Positions 50,858 through 64,000 of a stretch of DNA of 64,000 bases are shown one piece after another; positions within the stretch are counted from its first letter, which is position 1, and each line of letters starts with the position of its first letter. The notes below the pieces were generated by a model. That model ran no database searches. It was not told the DNA's origin and saw only the letters and a list, made by a program, of their open reading frames with translations. The stretch covers positions 22,444,001 through 22,508,000 of the forward strand of contig OX638166.1 in assembly GCA_951804945.1 (NCBI GenBank). Reading direction: 5' to 3'. The stretch comes from Podarcis cretensis (Eukaryota). The translations under genes and the position numbers were made by a program.

Positions 50858-53800
50858 GATACTCATCTTTCTAACATCAGGAAAATACAGTTTTATTCTC
50901 TTGGGCACTGAATGATCGGGCCTTTGGTGGCTGTAATGTTCATCGTGTGTTCAGGGAGTGAGTGTTTTCTGTGGTTTCAGTGATTTTTTAATTTTTCTTT
51001 CAGATGAACACTTTTCACATTGTTTTATTGACTTTATTTTGTATATTATATTATCATTATTTAAAATTACATAAGTGATTTATTATATCTGCCTTAAACC
51101 ACTGAATCTGAAATTTCACTGTAGATTCTTTGAGTAATCACCACGTATATTTACACAAATGCCTCTAAATAAAACGGCAGCCTTCATGAATGTAAAAAAA
51201 GTGATTTGATATGAATGATACCTTTCTCCCTATGTTAACAAAGTGACTATGGAATGTAGTTCTTCATTGTTGCAGTTTCCTACTGGAAGCCAGTTGCTTG
51301 CAGAAATCAAGACCATAATCCATCTACAATCACAGTAAGCTACAATGAGGGTGATAAATTAGGATATACCCTTGATTTGGTGGGAAAGCTGAAAGCTAAA
51401 ACTCAGTATTGAAAAGGAACAGGTCGGTTTGCAAACTGGAGGTGTGTTGCTGTTCAACGGAAATACAGAAATTTAGATCTATACATGAAATCCAAACTAT
51501 CTGTGAGACAGGGAAGAATATATGCAAAGATGGATCATCTGGAATTTCTTGGAACTTTCTTATAAAGAAATTGACACCACAAAATTCAAGGTTCTGTCAG
51601 TCTTCTGTACTTCTCTGGCATGTTGAAGTATAGAAAAGTAGAGCTTAGATGACTCTGAGATACTTGAACCTTAATTGCTCCACTTTCCTCTGTATCAGCT
51701 TCTTCCTAAAGAGGGAGGATACAGGGAGAGTACAGACAATCTCTCTTGGGGGTTTACTGAAGGCTGAACAAGATGGTGAGGTGAAGAGAAACAGCAGCCA
51801 AATGGTTCGTTTATATAGTCATCCAATTGTCCTTGTACTAGCTGAAAACTCTGGTTGATGGCACCAATAATTCTGATGCAGTGCATCAGTGTAGAATTTC
51901 CTGGATGCATATTCTCCAGTAGAAGATATAGAAGACGATAGTTTCCAGAGAGCAATGCCATGAATGGTATTAGATGAATAGGTAGACTGGGGTGAGATTT
52001 CAAGAAACCAAGCTGTAATTTTGGCCCCCTTGAGTCCTTCTAAGCTACCATCCTTCTAGATACTAAAACAAACTTCACTAAGGGACAGGTGCTCTGTGCT
52101 GGCCATACTCTATGGAAGCAGTGAAGTAGAGTAAGACTTGGCTTATTGGCAAACAGCAATAGTACTCACCGCATCCTTTGAATCCCAATCATCATTGTAA
52201 CATGTAGTGTTTGTTCCTTAGTAAAGTGAAGTGCATCAGCCTGAAACACTTGAGCCAGATTTTTCTTGTCATCTGGAGTGTGATCAAGATAAAGTATGGG
52301 GTTGTCCCATTGAAAGCATTGGTACCTAGCCTTCACAAAGATAAGAAAATTGTAGACTATAATTTTTTATCCAGAAAACCTAGCTTCCCTCCATGTTGGT
52401 ATGCCTCAGCAAGTGAGTTGATAGCCAAGTGGTTAAAACAAAAGAAGCTGCCCCTTCACTAAAACTTCTTTCCAAGTACTATGAAATGAACAAGAGCTTG
52501 TTTCAAGAATTTTTAGCTATTAAAAGTATAGCTAGTAACATTCACCTGAGGAAGTGCGTATTTCATTCCCAGATATTGGGCCATTCCCTGCACTTATTTC
52601 ATATGAAAGTGATCTTCATACAAAGAGGTAGGATTGGGATCCCCTACAACATGCTCCACTGAAGGCTCCAAGGTTCAGTCTGATAATGTTGACTATGAGC
52701 TATCAAGATGCTAGTATGACCAAGAGTTGTGGCTCATGAAAGTGAGCATGTCTGTGCCCAGAAAGATCATGGAAATATGGCCAGAAAGAGATTGCCAAGG
52801 ATCCTTCAACAGAGATAAGGATAGCTGTAACTATCAGCATTGCATCACAGGAACCAAAACAGCTTCTTAGTCCAGTCTCTCTATCATTCTTATGAGAAAT
52901 ATGGCTCTGCTTAGCAATTACAGTCGCTGCTGAAGAAATACAACCTGTGCTGTTAATGATGATTGTGCAACCCGTACAGTACATAGGCGACAATTATTCA
53001 CACAATTAATATTCTTGTCCAAAAACAATTTTTCACCATTTATCGGATTTGTGAGAATAAGACAACTACTTACAAAGTGCCATGAAAACTTAGAAGCTAT
53101 CTAAAATAAAGTGAACTTGCAATGTCAGATTTTACTAAGTTCTTACAACTTCTTGAATCAATTTTTGTTTTTCCTTGTTTTTTAGGTAAGTTCAAGAAGA
53201 CGGTAGGTAAGCAATTACAGTTGAGCTGTGTTTATTCTGGCTTTTGACACCGCTAATGGAAAGCTGCATATTGTCCAACCCAATCCACCCTGTCTACTAG
53301 ATTCTGCTTGTAACAGCACACATGCAATCACATACAAAACTTAAACCAACACTGAAGCCAGTTAAGAAGCACTTAGCACAGGAATGCTAGAAACCAAGGC
53401 TCGATCCCTAATTGTTAGGTGAAGACAATGAATCAGCATGGCGCTACTTCTTTTTCTTGGAGGCACGGGGGATCAGAGGCTGGGAAACCTAAGAGTGTTT
53501 TCAGTACCTGTTTCCGAACAACTTGGAAGCCACTTATGAGGAACACTTCAAAACTGAACCCTTCAAAACAGTGCAAAACACAGTGCAATGGAGGAGTCTG
53601 ATCTGTGTCCACGGTTCCTAGCATGGAAATAGGGACCAATCTTGGTCCACAGATCCATAGGGTTATCAGCAAAAGTAGGTGCCAGCACTACCCCCCATAC
53701 CCAAAGCCCTAATGAAGTACAAGCAAGACAAGCATTCCCTCAGCGCTCCTCAAAGAGGCAAATCAAGCAATATGCCAAACCAGTACAAGGACTTTCACTC

Positions 53801-54627
53801 TACAAGTATGGCATTTTAAATAAGACTTATGTTATGTTATGTTGTGTTATGTTATGTTATGGGCTCAGTGAAAACTGAAGCAAAAGAGCCCCAAGCAACA
53901 AAAATAAGATACTTACCTACACTATGCTTGCATCTGCATATCAAGCCAAATCACAGTTTACAGCACTATACATGAGCAGGAATGAGCTGAAGTCTGAGAT
54001 TGATTAGCTCCCCTCTTTCCACACAGCCAAGATTTCACTTCCACTTTTGATTAGGAACAACTTACTACATCATCCAGATGCATAACCAAGATTAATCTTA
54101 ACAATGATGGGTTAAAACAAGCCATCAGGGAGACAGGAACTTGTTCCTGCATGAGCAGATCTTACTAAACTAAGGTTTGACATGATGTGCAAAAGCAGCC
54201 CATTCAGTCTATGCAAAATGTACCATCTGAAGATGAACTTCACGGGCAAGACCTGAAAAAATAGTTTCTTAACCAGCTTAAGTGGCACCTGAATAGACCC
54301 TTTGTCCACACAAAGGGTTTATTCCGATGCTACTTCCTTAATCGATTAAGAAATATGAATTAGACTCAAGTTACACACATGCATCTTGGCCTACTCCCTT
54401 ACAAAACTGAAAGTACTGTACTAAAGCCAATGTTCATTATCAAATGAAGAGCCCAGTATTTCATTTTCAATTATGAACGTACAAATAGCTGATATTGTTA
54501 GGTACCCTATAACATCTGTATTAGGTTAACTGCAGAAAGATAACACTGGCCATATAAGATTAAAAACAACAGAATTGAGATCTCAACACAGGCAGGAGGT
54601 CCCCTACCAACTGCTAATACTAGAATA

Positions 54628-54869
54628 CAGTGGTACCTCAGGTTAAGTACTTAATTCGTTCCGGAGGTCCGTACTTAACCTGAAACTGTTCTTAACCTGA
54701 AGCACCACTTTAGCTAATGGGGCCTCCTGCTGCCGCTGCGCCGCCGGAGCCCAATTTCTGTTCTTATCCTGAAGCAAAGTTCTTAACCTGAAGCACTATT
54801 TCTTGGTTAGCAGAGTGTGTAACCTGAAGCGTATGTAACCTGAAGCGTATGTAACCCGAGGTACCACTG
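54628..54869. mobile_element. Tc1/mariner MITE (family B)
   Basis: TA-cagtggtacctcaggtta ... taacccgaggtaccactg; repeated taacctgaag motifs. Confidence 0.88.
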
Positions 54870-55247
54870 TGTATGCTTGTATTTTTACAATATTAGCAAC
54901 CGTAACACATTGTAATTTTATGTTGTGAACCACCCTGAGATCTACGGATAAAGGGCAGTATACAAACTTTAATAATAACAACAACAATAATATATTAAAT
55001 ATTTCTTTCTCCCTCTTGACAACACAAAACATGCCCTTCATGCAAAATATGTAAAACAAACAAATTAATCATCTCACAACAATATCCTTTTATCTACAGG
55101 AGTCAGATCCTGCTCAGGCTGAAGATGTGCATTGGATTTTGACAGAAACATGACCAAGGCCGCACAGTTACTGACTCATTTTGAATCAGGACAACCAGGG
55201 ATCAAGGAGTGGAAGCAAAATATCCCCACCCCTCTCTCCCTGTCACT

Positions 55248-55248
55248 T

Positions 55249-55330
<82 letters not shown>
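55248..55330. repeat. (TC)n-(CA)n-(GA)n compound microsatellite
   Basis: Direct reading. Confidence 0.9.
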
Positions 55331-55333
<3 letters not shown>

Positions 55334-55958
55334 CCATTAAAACACATACTTCCAGTTGGCCAAAGGTTTCTGTGTGTATATTTAGTGACAGTTGTGGCTA
55401 AGGGATTTGGTGTTTGTCCTACTCTGGAAGATGGGTTGAGACCCCATTACTATGCTCTTCACATCAATAAGCAGTTAACAGTGAGCTCATCTGTCTCTCT
55501 AAAATACTTCCTACAGGAAAAGCTAACAGGGTTTAAGTAAATAATGTACTGACAAAACTGTATTCCTATATATTTCTTCACTTATTAATAGTAAACCCAT
55601 TCAGTTTTGTTTAGTAATTCCAGATAATTTTTTTAAGAGTTATGCTCTGATTGTATATACAAAGTACTATAAAACACTGTTGCAAGGCTAATTTATGGAT
55701 TCACATCCTGCGAAAGTCTGGGTTTCTCAAAGGAACTACAGCTAGTATTTCAGCCAAGCTCCCAAAATAAATCATGCTACTCCCAGGAAATGCATTATAT
55801 CAAACAGAAATGTTTTATGGTTTGTAAAATCCTGTTTCTTTTGAACTTGGAATGTGAACTTGCTTTCTTAAGTATTTCAATTTCTTGTGAAAATTCTTAG
55901 CTTATACAAACCATATAAACGCACATGGTGTCCTCATAATAATATCAGCAGCACTTAC

Positions 55959-56221
55959 TCATCATACTTGATATGATAAACAGTATCTTCATCAGTGTCC
56001 ATATAATCTGAGTAAGATGTAGAAGGTGCATTGTCCAAATTATTTGCATTTTCTCTAGAGTGATCTTGGTTTAAGTTTCCATTAGTCCTTTTGTAATTAC
56101 TGCCACTCTTTCCTTGTGCTTTTCCATTTTTATGTCCTTTTGTTGCTTGAGTTACGTTTTGTATATGAGCTTCAAACCAGGATCCAATAGTAACATCTCG
56201 GGCATCCACAAGTTCATTTAT
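55959..56221 (-). CDS. UHRF2: UHRF2 exon 3 (tandem Tudor N-terminal part with UHRF2-type insertion)
   Basis: tttag|ATA...GA|gtaagt; INELVDARDVTIGSWFEAHIQNVT...DTVYHIKYD; 263 bp. Confidence 0.95.
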
Positions 56222-59200
56222 CTAAAAATAAATTTGACATTTAGTGAATGTTATGCCGAAAAAGTACAGAATTAATAATGCTGTGGATCCCCAACTACAA
56301 TGCAACTGCATTAGTTAAATTCACTCTACCTTCACATTCTTAAAACTAAACAGAATATTCTACATTTTGTCAGAAAATCATTTCAACACAAATAAACTAC
56401 AGATGTGAACAGAGCAGCTCTTGTTTTAATTACTATTCTCTCCATCACATAACTATTCACAATCACTAAGGTTACGGAAGCTTTCTAACCTTTGGTTATT
56501 CCTGCTTTTGGCCTGATTTTCCTGTATTTTCCTGCTTTCTTCATTTTCTTTAGACATTTCCTTCTCCACAATAATAATGAAATCCTTTAACTCTGAGAAC
56601 TGTTCTGTGCTCATCCATTTACAAACCATCCTCCAATAAAATAATTCAGCTTTGCCAATGAAAAGGTGATTTTGTGCTTATTATTTTTGCATATACTCTC
56701 TCTAACAGTACACAACTTAACCTTTCCAAATTATCTCTTATGACACAACAAATGCAGTTACTCATTTGTTGTGCAGAATTCAAATGTATTGTTCCTAGGA
56801 AGCACTTCTGAGGAGGGAAAATCACATCACAGAACTCAATGTGTTGGCTCTTGGAAATGTGTTTTTTCTCCAAACCAGCAATTTTACTACAACACTTTGG
56901 GCATTGGGTTAGCAATGGTTGCAAGAAAAAGGCCACAGAAATTATCAACCAGTAACTCTGTGGTCACTGCTGATGCATAAAACAACTCCCTCCATGCCTA
57001 TGCTATTTTGTGATTTATTTGTTTTTTAAATGCTTAATGTAATGCACCTACAATTCTTTAAGGCTGCGTTTCCCACTAACATGCTTTTTAAAGCTACCAC
57101 CATCCCTCCTGCCCTTAACAACAAAACCCAGCACTTTATGGACTATTTCACTTATTCCTTTTTTCACTAAAAACAAAAGCCCGACATACTTTCCTTGCTG
57201 GCCAAGAACTTCTCCTCTCTCCAAGAAAAAGAACACGTCACCTACATTCTTTAAGATACATTTGATTTCATCTGCTAAAACACCTATACTTTTCCTAATG
57301 ATGTCAATGCTCACAACCCACTGCACATTTGCATGTATTTATATCCAACTGCTTATTTACATATTTATATCCAATTATATTTATATAAAATTCAGCAAAC
57401 AGAACTGAATATAGAATAGTGCCCAGCGTCACCTTAGTGCAACCAATAGGAAGTCAAAAAGCACTCTCCCAGTGCTACTCTCTGGACTTTGTCCCGTAGG
57501 TAGAGCTGTAACCGCTGTAGAACTGTAAGCACAGGAATACAGTGCCCCCAATTCCCAATTGGTTCAGGAGGACACCATGGAGGAGTGCAGATGGCAGCTT
57601 GCCTCTGCCTTGCATAAGGGAACCTGCCAAAATCAGGAGTAGCCAACACGGCTTCCTTTCAGATGTTTTGGAATACAACTACCTAGCCAGTATGCTCAAT
57701 GGTCAGGGATGATGGGAGCTCAAGCAGTGCTTACCCCTTGACTAAAGTATATTTAGCTTTGGCAAATAAAATCTGCTGCAACTACAGACTGGCCAATTAC
57801 AATACACCTAGTAGCACACAGTAGCATTATTTTTTTCATATTAACTGGAATGTTACATTTAGCTGTGCACATCAAACAGACTATAACTACAGTTTAAACG
57901 GCCAACCCATATCTATTTATATGATCCTTCACTACACTGAAAGCCACCAACTCTGATGACAGTTTTGCTTCACTATTCTAAAGAGGGAAATAGGAAACAG
58001 TCATTTTGAAAATTGAGTAGTCTAAACCTTGAGTTCCCATCTTGATGCTCACAGGTACCATGGCACCCTCAGACAACCATCTTGGTGCCCAGTAAAACTC
58101 CCTTCTTTTGGAAGCGAGGGACAACAGCAACACTTTTTATTGTTTGGTCGGGGCATACCTGCTTTTCCGGGGCAGAGGGTTGCTTGATTGCTTTTTTGTC
58201 TGATTTGTTTTGGGTGTCTGCACATCACTAGTTTTTCTTCTGTGAAATGGGTTCTTTTGGTGCCCACAAAGCTTTATTAGTTTTCCAAATGAGCCTATGG
58301 GCCCATAAAGTACCCATGATTTAAGCTTAGTCTCACTTCAACAAAAGCCCTACAGAAAAAACCAGTAAGGAACAAAGTTGATGAAAGGAGAGGATTGGAG
58401 GAAAACTTGAGGGAGGCAGTACTGATAGAAAGGAGGAAGCTGACAGACAGACTGAACTATTGATCCAAGAAGACAGAGAAGGCTTCAAGACCATGAAAGG
58501 TCTTAATGACTCAAACCCAGCAGAATAATACTTAACTACACATAGCTAAACTATGTTTTCATTAGCAGTCTTGTGGCTTCCTGTTAAAGCCACACTACCA
58601 CCAAGAACAGAATCTCCATGTCTGTATGCTCCTGTACCATGTTCCTTCTGAGTATGGTTACAGCTGTGCCAGTGTCCAGTTTCCTTAACCCCACTGTGGC
58701 AGGGACAGAAAAACAGGTAGGTGAGTGAGTTGGAATCTTAAGGGGTGGATCTAGCCCACAAGCCATAAACTAGATCACAGAACCTCAAATTAAAGGAGAA
58801 AACGGGGCAATTTTGGCATAGCTCTCGGTATATTTATGGCCTTAGGTGAGCCATTACGTTCAACGTGTGAGCCCTGGTAAGAGGCGCCCAGGATCTGAAC
58901 GATTAACAAAGCCTGAATTCCAGCTGCAGCAGTATGTAGTTCAGTATCAGCAAATTTCTATGGTAACTGAATATTAAATGAGGCATGTGACAAGGCTTGT
59001 ACATTTTCAGCCCAATCAAACCAGTACATAGACTCACTTGCAGTACAGTCTGTAAAATTGTGTAAGAAAACTCAATTTGCATGCTTCTGAAACAGAAGAG
59101 AAATGATATAACATTATCAAAAATAAGGTGCAGTCATAATATAAAAAGAATGTTACACTATAAAGCACCTTTGTTGTGTTCCACATTGCTTCCAGGAGAA

Positions 59201-59617
59201 ACAAGAAAACAAAATAAATGCTAAATATGCTAATCCCAGGTCTTTTGGACACTTAAAAACATGCAATGTATACAACTAATGCTGTTCAGCATTAAAAAAG
59301 AAAAAAGAAAAATATTTAAAATGGACAGAATCTGAACCCAGACCAGGAACATAGTCACAAATGACTGGCAAAGCTTTTCTCCCAAAAATATGACTCTATG
59401 ATTCTGTCAGTAAAGTTCACTAAATTATCACAAAAAAATCAATCAAAAATGTTAAAGAGGGGTATTAGCCTGTCAGAATAACACAGAAGTCCATGATATA
59501 TATGAAGAAACAGAAACTAATATTGGTAACTCAGAAAATAAGACTGATTAAATTTCATGCAGTGTTCATTGAGTCTTGGTTTACTCACCCCTTTTTCACA
59601 GCTTGCTTATGAAAATA

Positions 59618-59784
59618 CCATATTTTTTCCATCTATAATATGCCCCCATGTATAAGATGCCCCCTATTTTGGGGGACTCAGATTTAAGAAAATGAGGGAA
59701 GATGGCCCAGAGTATAAGACGCCCCCTAATTTTTGACATTATTTTTTAGGAAAAAACCCTAATCTTATATATGGAAAAATACAG
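59618..59784. mobile_element. Degenerate pogo/Tigger-like MITE
   Basis: TA-ccatattttttccatctataa ... ttatatatggaaaaatacag-TA; internal tataagacgcccc repeats. Confidence 0.7.
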
Positions 59785-60737
59785 TAAGTACTTTATATCT
59801 ACTTGACACTTTGGGAGCACTTAAGGAGGCATAGGGTACCATTCAAGAGTCATCCTGCACAGAGTAGCCCCACTGATATTAATACATATGAATAACTTAG
59901 ATTCATTAATGTCAATGAGTCTGCCCTGAGTGCTGAACACAACTCAGGATAATTTTCAGAATACACAGTAATTTTCTTACTATAATGTTGGTGGTTTCTC
60001 CTGTTTTTATTGCCTGCTCCTCATATACTGGAAAAATGAAAGAGATGCTAAATTCCTTACAGTTCAGTAGCTTACAGCTTCATTTGCAATAAAACATTTA
60101 AAAAGTAGATATTCAATTTGGAATTGACTGAATAAACACTATTTTAAGGTATCAAACATGATAATTTAACGACAAACCAAGATATACATAATACGTTTTA
60201 TGTTTCTAAAAATGAAAGGAGGACTAAAAAAGGTACTGCATGTTTTTCCGTTTTCCCAAAAATTCATTTTGGGTAAAAAAAACCCTAGAAAAACAAACAT
60301 TTTCCATGGCTTCAAAATTCCTAGATACCAGCTTTTTCATGACATTAACGGAAGAGGGCTCTTTCAAGTTTTATCCCATCAAATAACTTGAAAATACATT
60401 CTAGATTCAATGAATCCATTGAGTTTTAGGCTTTATTACACCTGAAATTTCGTAAAACCATTACAGTGCATTTGTGCCTACGGCAGAGGAGTTTCATGTA
60501 GACCAGTGGCAGGAAAGCTATGGAGCACATCAGGCTCATGAAGCCTTTTGAACTGTCAAACCAGCCTCTGGAAATTGGAGATAAAGGGTTCAACTCCAAA
60601 AGTGGGGAGGAAATCTTATTCCTCCAGCAAGGATACTGTTGCTCCTGGAGTCCCAGGGGCAGTGTTATCCCACCGCCAGCTATTTTCAGGGCTACAGTCT
60701 CTTTTTCACTCTCACCATTAACTTGTATGGAGTAGAG

Positions 60738-60873
60738 TAGTGATGGACAAACTTGGCCCTCCAGCTGTTCTGGGACTACAATCCCCATCATCCCTCACCA
60801 CTGGTCCTGTTAGCTGGGGATGATGGGAGTTGTAGTCCCAAAACAGCTGGAGGGCCAAGTTTGGCCATCACTC
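60738..60873. mobile_element. Palindromic hAT-type MITE
   Basis: agtgatggacaaacttggccctccagctgt...acagctggagggccaagtttggccatcact; long near-perfect inverted arms. Confidence 0.8.
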
Positions 60874-61064
60874 GAGGAGGATCCCTTCAAATGGCTTGGG
60901 GTGGGTGGGAATTTATCCCCCTGGAAAGAGGGGCAACTAAATTTAGAGAGAAATCCAATATACAAACCTCAAGCTTTACTTAACATTTTTTACTTCACAA
61001 TAGTCATGAGAGTAAAATTTATATGTAAAATTATACAGTCCAAAATTTACAAAAATACAAATAC

Positions 61065-61307
61065 CTTGTATCGTCCAATGCCAGGATCAATAAGAAACGA
61101 ACGTGCTGATGTAGATGGCTGATTAGATGATCCACTGTTTGCTCCTTGCTTGGCTTTGTTCTTACAGTTCACAACTCCACAGGAACTGGGATTTCCATCT
61201 TCATTCGTTGATGGAGAAGCAGGAGCATCAGATTCTGAGCGTATCAAAAGCTGAACTATATCATTCAGTCCAACATTATAATCAAATAAGGTGTGTCCAT
61301 CTTCAAG
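61065..61307 (-). CDS. UHRF2: UHRF2 exon 2 (UBL C-terminal half plus linker)
   Basis: gatag|CTT...AAG|gtattt; LEDGHTLFDYNVGLNDIVQLLIRSESD...PSTSARSFLIDPGIGRYK; 243 bp; exon 1 not in window. Confidence 0.96.
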
Positions 61308-62883
61308 CTATCCAAAACAAAATTCAGGGAGGAAAGCAATCAGCAGATGTTAGTTCAAAAGTTTGTATCTTAAAATATAAAGAATTACATCAATATATAA
61401 CCTGGAGATATAGATTGATATAATATAAATATAAATAAATAAATACTCCACACTAGCTAAATCAAACTATACTGATAATTGGATCAGGACCAGTTGATAC
61501 TGAGAAGTTACAGATTGAAACAATACTATTCATTTGGTCTTTAGAACAGTATTATTACTAACTTATGAAAAGCTTAACTACTTTGAACAAAAAGCTATAC
61601 ATATAAATATGTCAAGATCTGCTACCTTCAATATCTGTTTCATGACAAATGAATGTTGTGTAATAAAAAGGATACGTTAAGAACAGAAACTCATTATACA
61701 CCCCTACATCTATGACCAGAGGAATATATTAAAAGTGCTTTCATTGTTTAGTTTTATCATTCACATTTCCTAATATCATTGTAGTTTTTAAATCTAAAAA
61801 AGCAATGTTTTTCAAATTTAAACTTGATGGTTTGTATTCAACTCTATGTTTTCTTCCTACAGTCCTTCGCTTTAGAGTACAATCCTGCAGATATAGATAT
61901 ATTTAAGTGCAGTTAAGTCTTGTTCATGGTGTAAATACCAGGTCCACTAATTCTGGCCATCACAATTGTTGGTTTGGAGGAATACACAGATAATTCCTAG
62001 AGAACATGTAACAAATTTATATGAAAAATAAAACTAGAAGTGTGACAATGTATCACTACTAGAGGGTTTCCCTACACAAAGACATAGGCCAGGATTCAAA
62101 GCACTTTCTGTACAAGTATAGTTCCCTTTGCCCATCTTCTTTTGCTCACCCAAACTCAGTCTCAAGTTTTTCAACTCCTTTTACAACTGTATCTCAGAGT
62201 CTGTGGACCACCAACACATTTATTTATAAAGGTACGTATATACTGCTTTCTCAAAAAAATAACAGGGTGATTTACAGCAATATAAAAGCATTAGAAACAT
62301 TAAAAGTAGTACTAAACAATCATTAAAATAATGGGTTACTCAAGAAAATTGTAAACAATAGAATAGGTGTGTTGCCATAAAAAAGTATTCAAGAGATGCC
62401 TATTATATGCACTTCCTCTTCTCTACCAAAATACCAGTTGGACGAGACTCTTTTAAATGTAACAAGAAGTTTTGTTTTGTTTTTTATTTTACTGGAGGAA
62501 AGAAGTGACTAAACAAAGCAAAAATATTTTCCATAGGGATCAATTAACATTAAAACAAATCAGGTTAAGAGATCTCTGAAGTTTACGAATTTCTGCTAAT
62601 CTGGCTTTTCTAGAAATTTACTAAATTAGGACACTAAGAATAGAGGCTCTGCTACAATTAGGAATCATTTTATTTTAGTTTCTCTTTTAAAGTTCTTTAC
62701 TGCAATGGAGCACCATGACAGTAAAGAAACAACAATAATTCGCATCTCTCAAAAAATTATGAAGCAACTTGTTTCCTGGGCAATAAAAGAATGTTTTCAA
62801 TTAGAAAAACCGGGGGGGGGGGGGTGTTTAAAAATGAAGAGACAATCAGAGGATGAAATGTTACTGCAAAACATTCTAAAATA

Positions 62884-63109
62884 CAGTGGTACCTCGGGTT
62901 ACATACGCTTCAGGTTACAGACTCCGCTAACCCAGAAATAGTACCTTGGGTTAAGAACTTTGCTTCAGGATGAGAACAGAAATTGTGCTCTGGAGGCGCA
63001 GCAACAGCAGGAAGCCCCATTAGCTAAAATGGTGCTTCAGGTTAAGAACAGTTTCAGGTTAAGAACGGACCTCCGCAACGAATTAAGTACTTAACCTGAG
63101 GTATCACTG
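62884..63109. mobile_element. Tc1/mariner MITE (family B), inverted relative to the 54628 copy
   Basis: TA-cagtggtacctcgggtta ... taacctgaggtatcactg-TA; reverse complement aligns end to end with 54628-54869. Confidence 0.88.
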
Positions 63110-64000
63110 TAGTAAAAATCTAACTGACTATAAAAGTTAGTGATCTAAAATTCAGACCCATGAGCTTCTTTCAGGTGGTCAATTGTGAGGGGGGGGGAGA
63201 GAGGGAGAGGGAAGACGATAAGTGGTTTTCAATATGGTGATATATCACCAGCTAAGCATCACAATATATCACAGTATCTGCTTGCCTGCTGATGAGTGTG
63301 CGATGATTGCCAATATTGTCGTTTATCCATTTTAGACCCCCAAGTAGTAGCAGTTACCAGAACATTGTCCTGTTTGCCTCCGTATAGTTCCATCCTTATT
63401 TCCAACATTGTGGTATATTGCAATGTTTAGCTGGTAGTAACATTGTTTAGGTGGTGATATTGTGAGGTTTAGCTGCTGATAACACTGCAGTGTTTAGCTG
63501 GTGAACTGATGTTAAAAAAGCAGATATTGCCTAGCCCTTGCACACATTGTAATTTGTGATATATTGCTGTGTGTATGTGTGCGTGTGCGTGCGTGCATGA
63601 ATCTATCTCCTATGCATGTTCTGAATACTATGCATGGGAATCTGAATCCTGGGAATAAGAAACACTGAATACATTAGAACTTACTTCCAAGTAGACATAG
63701 GAATGTAATGAACAAATTACTAGCTTGCCCAAGACTACCCAGGTACCTGTGGGTTCTTAGTCTCTTGTACTACAAACTATCCAAAGTTTCATATTCACAA
63801 TGATGGGTGACACTGTACAAGAGACTAAGAACCCACAGGTACATGTGCAGAGGACTATGTTTTTTGAACATATAATATAATCTGGTATAATACAATATCT
63901 AGTAATATTGGTGAAACAAAATAAAAACTTATGATCAGTATTAATTATAGGCATTTGTTTCAGGAGTGAGGAGGCATAACATATGTGAAGTGGGGGCGGG

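Noticed and set aside
20319-61307. Assignment as UHRF1 rather than UHRF2
   Set aside because: The long insertion in the tandem Tudor exon, the C-terminus FFPGYSKGR and adjacency to GLDC all fit UHRF2
63190-63540. Repeated gtttagctggt motifs suggesting an old DNA transposon; similar relics near 28990-29200, 41470-41600 and 42680-42990
   Set aside because: No clear paired TIRs or TSDs identifiable by eye

Overview
Vertebrate genomic DNA, almost certainly a squamate and probably a lacertid lizard (inferred from the Sauria SINEs, BovB-type and L2 repeats). It holds two convergent multi-exon genes. The 3' two-thirds of GLDC (glycine decarboxylase, P-protein) lies on + as 17 coding exons at 590-18278, equivalent to mammalian exons 9-25. 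UHRF2 lies on - as 15 coding exons at 20319-61307 (exons 2-16; exon 1 is beyond the right edge). Every exon boundary was read from the sequence and the reading-frame phases are consistent; exon numbering follows the human genes from memory. The introns are full of squamate transposon relics: Sauria SINEs, L2/L1/BovB/CR1 fragments, Tc1/mariner and hAT MITEs, two solo LTRs and Penelope termini. Most notable observations: (1) two diverged solo LTRs share an Arg-rich reading frame with a clear synonymous-substitution excess; (2) an inverted MITE pair brackets UHRF2 exons 2-3, the classic circRNA geometry; (3) a candidate 53-nt poison exon in UHRF2 intron 9 carries a palindromic GCAUG hairpin; (4) a full-length ~2-kb non-autonomous L1 derivative; (5) an L1 insertion with an 84-bp target duplication; (6) a GC-AG intron in GLDC; (7) Penelope hammerhead-ribozyme relics.
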